Assembly: GCF_000150275.1 (NCBI RefSeq)
Contig: NW_002060950.1
Span: 1,848,106-1,912,105, forward strand
Source of the DNA: Trichoplax adhaerens
Taxonomy: Eukaryota > Animalia > Placozoa
Direction: 5' to 3'
Length of the DNA stretch: 64,000 nt
Numbering within the stretch: position 1 is the stretch's first letter; each line of letters starts with the position of its first letter. The notes under the pieces are model-generated. The model searched no databases. It saw only the letters and a program-made list of their open reading frames with translations, and was not told where the DNA came from. This document shows, in pieces, positions 37,101 to 51,339 of this stretch. Made by a program: the position numbers and the translations under genes.

Positions 37101-40100
37101 AATTCCGCCATACGTATCCTCTCCCGCATATTGCTAAATTTTATGTAGGAAGATGCAGAAATAAAGATCAGACACAAATAGTTCCAGGCCTGTAATGGCG
37201 ATCTTTTAATTTCTTTCATGCTGATTAAATATATTTTAGTATAAATACTTTGTCATCGCCATGGAAAACACAGCAGCGCAATTGGACATATAAAACCTTA
37301 TTTAATTCATACATAGCACCTCTTAATTCAGTTATTTTGCTGAGTAGTAATCTAGCTAGATCCAAATGATGAATTTTATATTGCAAGAGTAATACAGATA
37401 TTACCGATTTTAATCTAAAGTAATTGAATTTTATAAGTGTTTTGAATAAGGATAATAATTATAACATACTCTTACCGCCTCTATTTAAAAACGATAAAAT
37501 TTTCAGTAGAATGTCTTATTAATTGATTACCAAGTATTCTATTCTTAAACAACGTTAACTGACTTCTATAAGACTATACGTGAATAATATACGAAAGATT
37601 TATGATAATATAATCCCTATGTTGACGGTATTCCCCCAAAAATGTCTTGTAAAATAATTGCTGCTTTTAATATATCTCAAATAGATACCCAAAGATTATA
37701 ATGTGGAACCAATTGTCCGACGTGATTGTCCCGTCCCATTAAATCCTCATCATTCTTATTTCCTCTTGGTGGACGATGGCACATTACGGAAATATGGTGG
37801 AGAGATTAAATTGCGAGGAAGATTAGAGAAGTGTATTGCAGAGAAAAATTGTGATGATAGTAAGTATCTAAGTGGTAGAGAAAAAATTGTTTCTAAAAAA
37901 TTTAGAAATTATCCTACATCTCTTAAAGTAGTTGTTAGAAAGGTAATATTTACTGCCAGGAATGAGCTCGATAATATCTTTATTTTATAATTTGCTGGTA
38001 TTTATATCTACCCTAAATTAAATACAATATACCATGTAATTAAAATGATGGTAGGATTACTTGATACTGTTAGTAAGGTATCCAATACTAATAAAACTAT
38101 CTTATTTTTACTCTGCGCTTCACATTCAGGTTTCGGTCTTGGTAAACCTGTTGTATTACTTGTGCTGGAGGGAGGTCTTGATTGCATTAAAATAGTCCAT
38201 GAAGGTATTAGCAAGAGAATACCAGCTGTAGTCTTGGAAGGAACTGGAAGGGCAGCTGATTTAATAGCTTTCGCATCGAAGCATGCCACTGTTGATAAGT
38301 GAGTAAATGGAGACAAGCTTATTGTATGAATGCAGTAGTTGGTAAAGTAGACTGTATTATTTAGCCTAATTATAGTTAAATTAGTAAGAGTCCTTGTTGT
38401 CCAGTTTTTACGTATCTGATTTATATTTCGTATGTAATTGATGCTAGAATAATCGAGAATTAATAAGGCTGCCATATTCATTTTTCTAAAATTATAGAAG
38501 ACGTCGATACCTAGATTCGACAGCAATATCGTTACTAACCCAGAAAATGTTGGTAGCCTATCCCAAATTGAAAGATCAAGAGGATGGAAAGAAAGACCTA
38601 CAATATCATATTAATTTAGTTAAAGAATGCATTGCAGATGAAAAACTGGTAAGAGTTATTAGTCTATCTGTAATCGGATAAATTCTGTGGACTATCAGCT
38701 TAGAGTTGATTCTATTTTCCTAATGTGATTTTAAAATCTTCCCAAAATTTTTATGTAAGATAACCATATTCAAGCTTGGAGAGCAAAAGGACCAAGAGCT
38801 TGATCTTGCAATATTGAGCGCTCTACTTAAAGGTACATCGCATATCGAAATAGATATTAGTAGGAGTTATAATCCAAATGATCATAAATATTAACATGAC
38901 ACTTTATAATGCATAGCTCAATGTGCATCTAAACTGGATCAACTGCGCCTTGCTCTAAATTGGGATCGCGCTGACGTCGCTAGAGAGAAAATCTTTACAG
39001 AGGAAGTGCACTGGCCTGTAAGTTAAATCATGATACTAGACGACGATTTTATTGTAGCGATCGAATATTTCTATCTTCTGCTCTTATTAACATTAATATA
39101 GCACGTTTAGAGAGTACAAAAATTAGAATTCGTCGGCTAAACCCAATCCCAATAGTATTCTTTCTAATTTTATTTACAGCCTGGCAGCTTAGATGAGCCA
39201 ATGCTTACTGCTTTAATAAAAAATCGCGTGGAATTTGTTAAAATGTTTATGGAAAATGGCGTTAATATGAAAGATTTTTTAACAATGGGCAAGCTCAGTC
39301 TAATGTATAATGCTGTAAGTTATTTACTGTTTTTAAAGACAGTAAACTTACTATTTCTATCAAATGGTTGCACATTTTTAAACAATTTTGAAGATTGAAT
39401 AATTTTAGAATATTAAAAATTAAATATTACGCTTTTCGAGTTATTTTTGCACGCTTTGGTATTCGCGTATGGTTTATTTACTTCCGAGTAGCTTTCATCA
39501 GTATACATTTATTATCTAATGATCTTAAATAGCAATTATTGTATTGAGATAAAAGTGTTAAATAAGATCTTGTTCTCCACATTTTATATCTTTGCATGAA
39601 GTTCGAAGTAGCTGCATCCATTTCATTAATTATTAGCAATTAGTATCAGTAAGGCAACATTAATTTCCCCTAAATACTAATCGTATACTCGTAAATATAG
39701 GACGGACTTAATAGCCATCTTCAGCATTTGTTACGTCTAGTTGCGGATGATAAGGTAAATATAAAATATTACAAGATATATAAGAAATTAAATATTGCTT
39801 TGTCTTCTACCACTGTAGTGTATCCAAATGATTAAAAGTCTCTACTGCTTATTTAACATCTATAGATAGCAATCAGAGATATAAAAAATTTATATATACT
39901 TACTCGTATAAATATATAACATGTCTTCTATGCTAATATCATCTAAGTAAAATAGCCCGGCTTAAACAAACAAATTACCCTTTCTTACCTTTTCATCAAC
40001 AATGTAGGCAAAGAACGATAGAGATATTGCATTTTCATTAAAAGATGTTGGTCGCTTATTGAAGAAATTAATGGGTGCACATTATGAGCCTTTATACCTA

Positions 40101-43100
40101 AGAGATCGGAAATTTGTTGATGAATCTATCGATCACGATGTCTTGATCTCAGTTTCAGCAAGGCTTGCAGGCACTAATAATTACAATTTAGTTGAAGCAG
40201 CAACGTCTAATTTGGGCGATGAGAGTGGACAAATTGATTTAAAAAATATTGCTGGTAACATTGGTAAGAGGATAATGAGTATTTTACGGTCTATTTAATA
40301 AAAGAACGAATACCTTGAATAAAGTATCTTTATTCTAGGAATATTTAGATTTAGGTTAAATAATTGAATTCTGTCGTGAAAGGGATATTGCATCGCAAAC
40401 TACATGCATGAGCGATACCGATTTATGTATTGATATTTTGTAAAATATGTAAAGCAAGCTATGGTACTTTGCTAACATTTCCATTTGGAAACAATATAAT
40501 TTTAATAGACGTGGGTATTCTTGGAGCATTTGAGAGAGCGAGTCCAGCTATCGTTTTTGACAATCCTATTCATGAGATGTTCTTGTGGGCAGTGTTGAGT
40601 AATCGGCCTGAGATGGCCTACTTTATGTGGGAACGAGGTGAAGAATCTATTGCTGCAGCATTGGTTGGTAGTAAACTATTTATGGCTATGGCTTCCGATA
40701 ATAAAATCGATAGTGAGAAATCTGCAGCCTTAATTAAGGATGCAAAGTAAGCAGACTAGCTATGTTCACGTATATCTGATTAATAACCATTTAGTGAGTC
40801 TAGGAATGTATCGTAGATAAAAAATCCTTTCTTCGCTAGCTTATTGTAAACTAAGAAAATGCTCTTGTTTATCTCCTGTAGGAAATTTGAAGAGTTAGCT
40901 ATTAGTGTATTAGAAGAATGTTATACACAAGATGAATATCTGTCACAAATGTTGGTTAAACGAGAAATGATTAATTGGGGTGGATTAAATTGTTTGCAAA
41001 TGTCAGGATCAGCTGATGGCGAAAGATTTATATCTCATCCATGCTGTCAATCTACACTAGATGAAATATGGACAAATGGCATACGATCATCTACATCGAT
41101 GGTAAATTAGTCTGATTTTCACAATCTAATTTTTTAAATTAATAAAAGGCCAGTAGTTGTTTTGTTATGAGATAAGTGAAAAATGGCAATAAGCTATTTT
41201 GCATTGGGAAAACAACCAATTTGCATCTGTTCGATAATAGAATACGATATAGTTCTACTGCCTCAGGGTGCTAAATAATTTGCAAAGGTGATTCGATTAC
41301 CTGCAGCAATTCGGTTCATACAAAATCATGATCGATTAGAGTAAAACTATAAGCTTGTTAAAAAAAAATTACTAAACGGAAATGTAATGATTTCTTAGAG
41401 ATTTGATATTGCTGTTGATATTGCTATAGTTGTCCATACAGTAGATTATGTCTTGTAACGATTTGCAAAATTTCTGTATAAAAGTACCTACTGAATGAGA
41501 ATTTACTCAATCTTAGCGGCGAGTATAGGAATTTTGTGATGAATGTAACTAAATTTAGCTTTAAAATATTTGCATATGACATGAAATAGGTTCCTATTGC
41601 CACTCTTTTGCCCTTCTTAATTCCATTGTTAATATCGTTTGAAAAGCAAGAAGACGATGATCGTTATTCAGGCTTTTGTAGCTCAGTTTTTAATGATATA
41701 AAGAGATTTTATCAAGCTCCTGTTACGAAATATTGGGGAACAGTGGTAAGCATGCAAAAGTATTAGTGAAGGAGTAGAAATCAATTGTAATGGATATCAA
41801 TTACTCAATTAACGGCCACCTTTTAAATGAATCAATTTTTATTATGTTTAGTTTTGGTATATTATCTTCCTTGGCCTATACAGCTACGTTATTTTATTTT
41901 CATTTAATGCTTTTCCAAGCATACCTGAATGGATATTACTTGGCTGGATATATACCATAGCGGTAGAATTATTTCGTCAGGTATCTATGGCCCGTAATGT
42001 GTTATCAATAAGCAAAGTTTGCATGTGATAGAGAGATATAAGATAAATTATCATTCCATGTTTGTCTTGTATGTTCGGTAAGCTACTTTATGATCAAAAA
42101 TGAAAGCGGTCTAGAGCCATCTACGAATGCGAGGCTACTTTGATCATATTTAATTTAATCACATTTCTTCGAGTTCTTACTATCGTTGATAATTTATTAT
42201 AAGTAAGATACAGGTTATTTATCATATTATATCTTAGTATGAGCGTAGATGTATAAGATTTAATCAACCAAGTAAATTATTCTAAGCTACTGGCTTATTC
42301 GAACTCTCAATTAGATTTCAGCAGCAGCTAAATATCGCCGGCAACAGTACATGTCTCGTTGGACCATGGTTGCTGAAGTTGTGAGCATCTTCATTGCAGT
42401 AATTGGCTTTTGTCTACGTTGGATTCCGCAGGCGATGGAAGCTGCACGTATATTATATTGCCTTAATGGAGCTATTTTCTACGCCCGTGTACTTCGATTC
42501 TACTCTTTTAGTATTAGCTTGGGTCCAAAATTGGTCATGATCAAGCGAATGGTAATCATTCGTCTTACCATTACTTTTAATAAATAATATTACATAATCC
42601 GATATATATGAAATTTGATTCGTTGGATGGAACGCAAGTAGGAGTAGCTATTAGCTAAGTAGTCGAGTAAATAAGCCTGATTATTATAATTAACTGACGA
42701 TTACTTATTTTGAAATTACAGATTATGGAAGTTATACTGTTTCTTTATATCTTGGTGATCTTTTTGGTGGGCTATGGTGTTGTTAGTCAAGCATTGTTAT
42801 ATAAAAACATACCAGTTACTGCTGAGAATATTCTGCAAATTATTCAACGGCCTTATTGGCAGATGTATGGAGAACTAATGTTGGAAAAGATCGAAGGTAA
42901 TTCTCAAAATAAGCCTAAGGTAGTTCGACTCTGTATCATTACTTTTTGACTCTATACTCATATTAAGAAGTAAGATACTAGATCGCCAGGTAATTTGTGA
43001 TACTGGATGGTAAATAAAAGACCTGCAACTGTTGCTTATTGACAGGTACCGATATTGGATGCAATGCTACTGCACAAGTCGGCAATGATGGAAAATTATG

Positions 43101-44426
43101 CCCTAAGAATTCCTGGCTTGTTTTGCTTCTGCTCGCGGGTTATATGCTCATCACTAATATTCTCTTAATCAATTTATTGATCGCAGTTTTTAGGTAAATT
43201 ACGATATTATTCTTAATCAATTTAATATCTATCCCTATAATATATGATATTTTTTGCGGATAAATATGCAGATTATATTATCTAGTTTCGTATATTTTAT
43301 ATTAAAGCTGCTACCCATGAGGCACCTGTAATAAAGATGTATGAAGTTAAAATCAGTATTAGAATTAAAATGCTATAATAATACTGTGAAGACATTTACT
43401 TAAAACTATATTAACAGCTTATGGTCAATACACAATCTACATATATAAGTGCTGAATAATATATCGAATTTTACTAAATTATACATAGTACGGATTGGCT
43501 AAATAAATAAAATTTTTCTAATATGTCAAGATTAATTCAAATATATTTTATTATTATTTTTTTAAGTAATGTATTTGAAGATGTTCAATCGAGATCACGA
43601 GGAATTTGGAAATTTCATCGTTACTTTTTGATTATGGAATTCAATAACAAGCCTGTCCTACCTCCACCTTTCATCTTACTTAGTCATTTTTATATGTTAT
43701 TAAAGTACACTTGTTGTTGGCGCGATGCTCAAGGTAAGAAAAAGTAGAGTAGATATTAATCCAATAACATAATATGCTGCACTCACTTGCTACCTTTTGA
43801 CCACAATTAATTCTTTGTACTTTAATCCAATTTTATCATTCTATGCCACCAATGGTTACAGTAACACCTCTTAGCGAGCAACATATTGAAATTATTCGGC
43901 TTTTTGAAATTGAAGCGGCGGCTTCCTATCGTAAAAAAGCCCAAGCTGAAGCAGAAAATAGTATAGAGGCCCAATTGCGTGCTATAACAAATAGGTAAAA
44001 TTTCAAATTCATTCTAATACATATTTCTAATTTAAGGTAGGTAGAGTGAGTCTGTCTACAGCACTAGAGTAATAAACAGAAAAATAGATATGACGACAAT
44101 CTCTCTTTAAAGAACGTGTAAATTTAAGTAATTTCATACGTCGCGTTCTTAATAGTCTTGCAGGCATCCAAAATTTTATGAAATTACAACAGCAGCGGAA
44201 TATATTACATACAATCTTTAAAAATCAAGATTTAGCCAAAATAGATCGAAATGCTGGTGTTTATGGATCAATGACAAAGTTTAAGAAACCTATTTTACGG
44301 CGAACCAGTGCTGTTGGAAACGAGTCTGATCAGATAATTGTTTCAAGTCCTGAGGAAGAAGAAGTTGTAAGCTACCTTCAAACTGATGATAATGCCTCCG
44401 GAAGTGATTCAAATATTATACAATAA
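31168..44426 (+). CDS. TRPM (melastatin) cation channel, TRPM2-like core without a C-terminal enzyme domain
   Basis: About 20 exons: MHR motifs (PSDAYGRI, PNLIISVTGGAKNF, AWILTGG, LNPHHSYFLLVDDG, LDLAILSALLK, LALNWDRADVA, FLWAVL), S1-S6, pore RPYWQMYGEL, LLINLLIAVF, TRP box IWKFHRY and PVLPPPF. Probable ATG at 31168; stop at 44424-44426. Confidence 0.93.
33688..33947. repeat. Intronic tandem duplication, ~138-bp period
   Basis: TAGCTTAAAAA...AATGAT.G.TTCTAGC.CTTAC...TTAGATTT at 33696 and 33834. Confidence 0.75.
34430..34646. repeat. Intronic direct repeat, ~68-bp core, 148-bp period
   Basis: TATCCTCGAACTA..ATC.CATTTATCGCTGC..CACC.TT.ATTTCCGTTAA at 34441 and 34589; a weaker third copy near 34820. 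Confidence 0.8.
35426..35611. mobile_element. Foldback/MITE-like element with ~67-bp inverted arms, in a TRPM intron
   Basis: Left arm CTTACATATATAAAAATGAAAATCTGTTTGATTTTCCGCGATATTAACGAAGATTAAATAATGTACA closely matches the reverse complement of 35545-35611; spacer ~50 bp; no clear target-site duplication. Confidence 0.65.
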
Positions 44427-46441
44427 ACAGTATACAGGATATCCCAACGTAATATCATTCGTTATTAACATATGAACCTTCTATTTTACTGTTTCTGATA
44501 TTAGTTCTTTTTCACTATTGAATTCTTTTCCGGACAAGATCTTAATCATGTTCATTCTATATTAAGATCAATTTTAGTATAAAGAATTTTATCCTCATAT
44601 ATCTATGTTAACTGCATACAAAACTGGTCATTGTCAACAAATATTGCTTCAAATATTGGATATTCATTTATGAACTATATTTTTAATCAATTTTGTCGTT
44701 TATATGTTGATTTAGACGAAATAATCTTTTATAGTAATACAGTATATGAAATTACTGTACATTTTATTTCTTAATTCATAAATAGCGGAAGGATTGCATT
44801 TAGCTTGGCCATATACTACTACGTATAGCCTATCGCGCTGATTTAAATATTCAAGTAATATCGTCAGTAACTGTTTCTGCTATGAATTAAGAATCTTAAT
44901 CATCGATAAGTCGAAGCTAAGATTATGATGTCATATGATAAAACATTGATTGATTTTGTAATTAAAATAATAAAATATTATTCATATTATCCTTATTCTT
45001 GCAAGAAATATATCAATAGCTATTCAAAATATATCTACGGTTGCTTACCGTAGCCATTTAATGTAATTTGTTCTATTGTATATGAGTCGTAGGTAATAGT
45101 TGTAATATTATAGAATAAAATCAAAAACAAAGGCTGTTGATACGCTAATATGAATTTCATGTGATCCAAAAAGGATTAGACCTGTCTCTAGAATAAAATT
45201 TTGTCTAAATTCTAATCTTCTGTATGTAAATTTAATTTAATTGCACTATATCAGCTTTTACTCGAAATAACTAATAGTTCCAATTCTGTAGTCAACTGCT
45301 ACCTCGAAATGAACTTTCTCATCATATTCGTAATCTATATCTATAATCTAGTTGATAAGACAGCGTTGCCTTTTTAGAATTCTACGTAGAACTGAGACAG
45401 TTCAGGAAGTACTGTAAGGTTCGATTTTTGAGACATTTTAGAGCTATATTTATACTCGTAGTTACGGCTGCAAGATTTTATTTCCACTATGCAAGAAGCA
45501 ATCAAGTAATTTGTGTCACCTTTAAACAAAAATTTTCAGTATCTTTGTGCAAGTTTTGCGAATAGGATCAATGTCTGATCGTTCTTCTGTATCCTTTATC
45601 TTGGATTTGATGATGAGTTAAATAATCTTTTGTGAATAAGCATCACAGTATTTCAGTCGCAACCACAAAGTACTACATTCTTTAGGCTTCTATAATTTTA
45701 TATATTTATGTAAAACTATAATTTAATATATTTAAATGATAGAAAAGTATGATAATCCTACAGTTGCAAACCTTTTAAACTGTATTTAAAGATAAAAATT
45801 ATAAGGAATTACTATGACGCTAAAATTGATTAGGGGTGAAATAACGTATGATTTTAAACTTTTATAGTAAAAGTAAGTTTCTATCAATTTTAAACTATTA
45901 GATTAAATCTTTGAAAGGTAGCAGTGAAGAACTTGGATTCAATCTGACATTAAAATATAGGATTACCACAGAGTAACTTCAGTATAGCAGCCGTAACATA
46001 GTTTTCATAAGATTACTTACCAAGGAATGTGTTGATATTAATTTATCTACAAATTTTTACATATTTTGAATAGATGAGTGAATAGTTTTATAATGTTATC
46101 TTTCTATAAATTAGCTGGCATTTGAATAAAGTTAGGGTTTGGTTTTGCTTAAAAGAGAAACTATTGATATCACTATTCCTCCTAATGATTGTCAGGAGGA
46201 ATAGCCTTACTGTAAGTAGATGCCGGAGTAAAGAACCTGACAATAGAGTCATAGCTTTTAGTATCTGTAATAATTTTAAATTTCGCCGTCGTTATAAATT
46301 TAGATTTATAACGCGGACATGCGTAGGAGATTACTCTAGCCTTGCCAATTATTCTCTATGAATGCCAATTACAACTAAGTATGAATGATATACAATGTAT
46401 AAAGGTAGCAGTAAATCAAACAATTGACGCTTACCTTCGCT

Positions 46442-46725
46442 AAATCTTAGTTATAGATATTAACTTTGTTAGATGACCTCGAAGATGCAGGCTATTGAAC
46501 TTATAGCAGCAGAAAATTGAAATAGTTTGAAACTGATATTGATTGATATATAATTAGAGTAATTATTGCAACGTAAATAGCAAAAAATTGACTGTTATCT
46601 TTTTTAAATCTTAGTTTTAGATGGCCTCGAAGATGCAGACTATTAAACTTATTACAAGTGAAAATTGAATTAGTTTAAAACTGGTGTTAGTTTTCAATTA
46701 ATCGGAGGAATTTTTGTAACGTATT
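46442..46725. repeat. Intergenic tandem duplication, ~148-164-bp period
   Basis: TTAGATG.CCTCGAAGATGCAG.CTATT.AACTTAT...GAAAATTGAA.TAGTTT.AAACTG with CCTCG at 46477 and 46625. Confidence 0.8.
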
Positions 46726-47839
46726 TAGAGATATACTCACTATTAGATAGATGACGCAGCGATAAGATGTCAGACACAAAACTAAATAAAATGGCTATCG
46801 ATATATTTAAATGGAAACAGATTGTGCCAAAGCTCTATACAGTAGTAGTAAGCGTCATTGGAAAATTTCAATCTATTCTTATAAATGGAAAGATATAAGT
46901 ATTCCTAATAAATTAGTATTAAATACAATCAATGTCAAGATAAAATGAGTTGACTAATTTTAATTATTCCCTGTTCACGATGGAATAAAAGGAAATTTGA
47001 TAATTGCTTGATACCTCACTTAAATAAGATAACGAATTGTTACAAGTTAATTCAGTATCAGTTTGCCGTTATCTTCCTGTGATACAATTAATTGGTTACA
47101 ATAGAATAGTGATATCAGTTTTACTAGACTATTATGGCTTGTTAAATAAGACAAATTATCTCTATCCTTATCAATAGTGTTACAAACTAAAATAAAACAA
47201 CACATTTTGCTAATAAGCTAAGATGCAATAAAACAACGTAAATTTACTAGAATGATTTTGCAATATGATAGCTAGATATGACATGCCACCAGTAGAATCT
47301 ATATTTTTAAAATGTTATTTCTGTGTTACTTGCTAATTCAAATAGCTTTAATCTAAACGGTTAACAAAAGTGCACATGATAAAAGCAAACAGATGGTAAA
47401 TTGGACTGAAATAAAAACTAAGACTTGAAAAGGTTTAAATTGTGTTGATATTTAATTAACAATTCAGTGCTATTCAAATTTGTTGGTAAGACAAATTAGA
47501 TGATTATTCTCTTTCATTGTTGACCATATCAATTTTGCAACATTAATCCTTAAAACAATTCAATCACAGGTAAAATTCTTATCATGTTAACAAGACGGAA
47601 TTAGAAAGTAAGGCTGAATTGTCTATATTACCTTCTATCAACACTGTACCTGATATAATTATCATTAACATGGCTTCCATGATAACAAAGATAAAACTAA
47701 AACAGTCATATTCAACTAGATAGTGGTTGTTGAGCTAATATCATGTACTGGCAAAACATTTATCTTATGCGTTCAAAGATCATTTAAAGTGCCATTATCA
47801 ACTGAAAAAATTAATTTACTATTGGTAGATTGAGTTCTG

Positions 47840-50800
47840 TTAGATGTATTTATAGCCCTGAGTGCTACTTAAGCTGAAAAACAGAACAAATGCTAATATA
47901 ATACCTAGAATCTAAGAGAATAAAGAAAAAAGCCGAAAATTAAATGCAGTTTACATACGCTTATAATTCACTATCTATGCTTTATGATTATCTCAATGAC
48001 ATTGATACAGCATTAGTATAATCTAATATTCGAAAATTGAGTGAATACTTGCTTAAAATTTTTAAAGAAAATAGCTGAACTACTATAGTATTACTATTCA
48101 ATGCATGTGACTTTGAAAATTTGGTAATCGAGCATTTGCAAAATATTTCTAACTACATTTAATAAAACAATCATTTAGTAATTGCTTCTTCATGCAAATG
48201 AGCTATGGTTTTTGGTTATTCTTAGTTTAGTAAGGCTTTGATCGAGGGAGTTTAAGTAATTTAAAATAAAAATTTATTTTGCAGTGATATGGAGCTGATT
48301 TATTTGTAACTGTGGCACGTCAAAATGTATGATTTATCTTCACATCAGTACTTATTCGATTGATAGGAGGTGGCTTAGTGAATCTTTACAGGTGGACAAT
48401 ATTAATTTAGAGTTTGTCGAAAGTGATGCAACAATGATCGTCTTTTTCTTATAGTTAGACTGTACAAATGAGCTATCTAACTATTCTGGATAAGCAATAA
48501 TTAGATTGAACGTAGCCAAACAGACTATATCGGGAGACTGTGCTGACAAAAGTGAGATTAATTTGCAATACTGATACTTTAATTAATTCTATTAATGGCT
48601 CGATAGGTATTTGAGTTATTTTGCCTTTATTAGACTGGCCGCCAATCGATCATAGAGATCAAACTGATTTGTATCAATACTTTATACTTAGCTAAGGCAC
48701 CAAGATCAAGTTGTGGAATCTCACGCACATTTAAGCTTACTTATAATATTGTGGATAGGCTGTTTTACTACCTTCTAAATAATGAAGCAGGACTAAAAGA
48801 AACTGAATACAAAAGCTACTAGCTTTGGTCCTAGCAATTAAGATAACCATGGCGATACTACAAGGGGTGGGACATATAAATGAAATTCGCCTTTGACAAG
48901 ATTTTAATGAACAGGATATCTACAGTAAGTTCTAATTAAACAGTTTTTTATCAAGTGTAGAATTGTAATTATTTAAATCTAGACAAATGCGAATGCTATT
49001 GATTTTATTTAGCTTCTTATTCTAATGTATAAAACTAACTTATTCGATGGGTTCAGCTTAAAGCGATAGCATCTGCTGAATTTATAGGTAGTTGATAACA
49101 TTAAGTTTATTTTAGTTTCAATTTTATATCACAGATGCGATACACTTTGATGCTTTGTGCGGAATAATCCACATTTTTTTACCTGAAATAACGACACACC
49201 GATACCAAAAGCGCCTATTGAATACATGAACATCACAATATCGTCTTTGTATCTAGGAAAGCAACCCTTTAATTTAGGAAGAAAAAACAAAACATTAGAT
49301 CTATTCTTGCTTCATTCGCTACTCTCTACCATGTGTGATAGTATCTTACTAACTCTAGCTATTAAAAAGGAAACTATTTGTCATCGATTATTGCATCAAT
49401 TATTAAATTTAGAAAAATTACTTTTGGATTCAATCATCACATATTTGTGGTCGATTTTCGATTTTATAAAAGATTGATAAGTCTAAAGTTCATAACTATA
49501 AATACTTACTAGTTAATACTGAGCTATGGAAAGCTAAGCTGGATTAATTATAAGAGATGTTGATAGATATATGACAATGGACAGACTTTTTGGTATTCCT
49601 ATACCTATCTGTAGTGGACACTAATATGGTCTATCATATTGAGAGTGGTTCTGGTCGTTACTGTCAGAAAATGTCAAAAGTGCTTACTTGTGTATAAATG
49701 TATTGAGTATTTTTGCCATAATCGTAGAGTTTGGTACATGCAGCAGGTGAATTCGACTTGACCATGGTTGTATTACAACATGATGCAGGCACTGGATATG
49801 GACCCTTTAGTTTGCCGTCAGCAGTTCCATTCTTAGCCCATGTTGAAGCAGCCCAATTTTGGTAGCCATTATAACCACAACAATGGCGCTAATAGATCCA
49901 AATTGAAAATATTGTTAGTATAACAGCATATTTAATATGATAGAAATAGAAATAATTACCGTAGATTGAAGGCGATCCATTGCATCTCGAACATTCTTCA
50001 TGGTGTGGTATTTAGTATCAACATCTTGTGTCATGTGCTTTAATGCAATAGCTTGCAACTAAAGTAAAATTAGAGTGTTCAACATTAGTTAGGGGCCAAT
50101 GATATCATAAAAATTAGACTAGAATCGACTATTGAGATCAAAATACAATGTACGCGTATATAGCATAGTAAGTTTTCAATAATCCTTTATCGTGGTTTAA
50201 GTCATATCTATGCTTAAATATTTATACTATCAGATACGTATTAAAAATACTTTAATTAACGAAAGTTAGAAAATGAAGAAAATTGTCAATTGGATACTTA
50301 CGCTTGGTGTGCCTTGATAACCAAAAACAGCTGTAGCAATTTCTAAGCTTAGACAAATGACCAAGTAGAAGATGAACTGTAAATAAGAAAGAAGATTCAA
50401 TTAATTAATTCATAAATTTAATTAATCAGGATTCTATTGCTATTTTATTTTAACTGCATTGCAATCTGTAAGGATTAATATCTAACACTCATTAACATCC
50501 ATCTACAGCTGAGCATTATTTTTTCTTTCCTTTTATCTCACTATTCTGAAAATCAAATTACTACCTTTAGATGTTGGGATATTAGTCTTCATTTTCATAA
50601 ATGTAATACTAGTTCCATTAGCATTTTTACTTATCTTATAGCTAGCTTTACTTACGCCTATGAGAGCCAATTGGTTATCCCATAAGGTGCTACAGCAACC
50701 AAAAAAGCCACCCACAATCAAGAGTACGCCACCAGCTATAAGGAGGTTAGCACCGATGAAGTAAGTTTCTGATGTCAAGGTGGAGTAGACATCATGGTGG

Positions 50801-51339
50801 ACATGGAAGTAGATACCAAGACCAAACATAATACCGCCAACAACCTGATCGGAAAAAATTAGTTATAGTCAATGTTGGATAGCAATAAAATTTACTACAA
50901 GTCTTTAGTAAAAAAAATGGGCAATCATTTGCTATTAGGAAGTGATAACATAAGTTTAATGAATGCACATTGGATCAATCAATATCGCTTATGTGTTAAT
51001 TGACAGATGAAATTTAAAACGATTGAATGATAAAAAATACGCTTATATGAAGGAAAGGTCACCCAGATTAAAATGGATCTTAAAAAATAAATTTTAATGT
51101 TACTACCGCTAGAACAAGGAACATGCAAAAGTCAGGAATCTAATCATTCCGAAGATGGGAATATAGCTAGCGTAGATATTTGTTGCTTATTCAAATCATT
51201 GATGTGAGAAAGAAGAAAAAAGCCGTGAAAAGACGGAGGACAAACCTAATTTTCAACTTACCCACAACATCAAGTTGAAGAATAAGAGGAAATATTGAGC
51301 GCAAGCAACGCCCTTGTCTTCATAAGTTGAGATCTTCAT
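47840..51339 (-). CDS. Tetraspanin with a 6-cysteine large extracellular loop
   Basis: Seven exons: MKISTYEDKGVACAQYFLLFFNLMLW / VVGG...GFFGCCS...LIG / FIFYLVICLSLEIA... / ...MDRLQST / RHCCG...VPASCC...AAC...IYTQ / GCFPRY...FQ / ILGIILAFVLFFSLSSTQGYKYI*. CCG, PxSCC and GC motifs; four transmembrane segments. Confidence 0.93.

Noticed and set aside
42287-42331. Apparent in-frame stop in the TRPM S2-S3 exon
   Set aside because: The AG at 42313-42314 gives an open, in-frame exon (ISAAAKYRRQQYMSRW).
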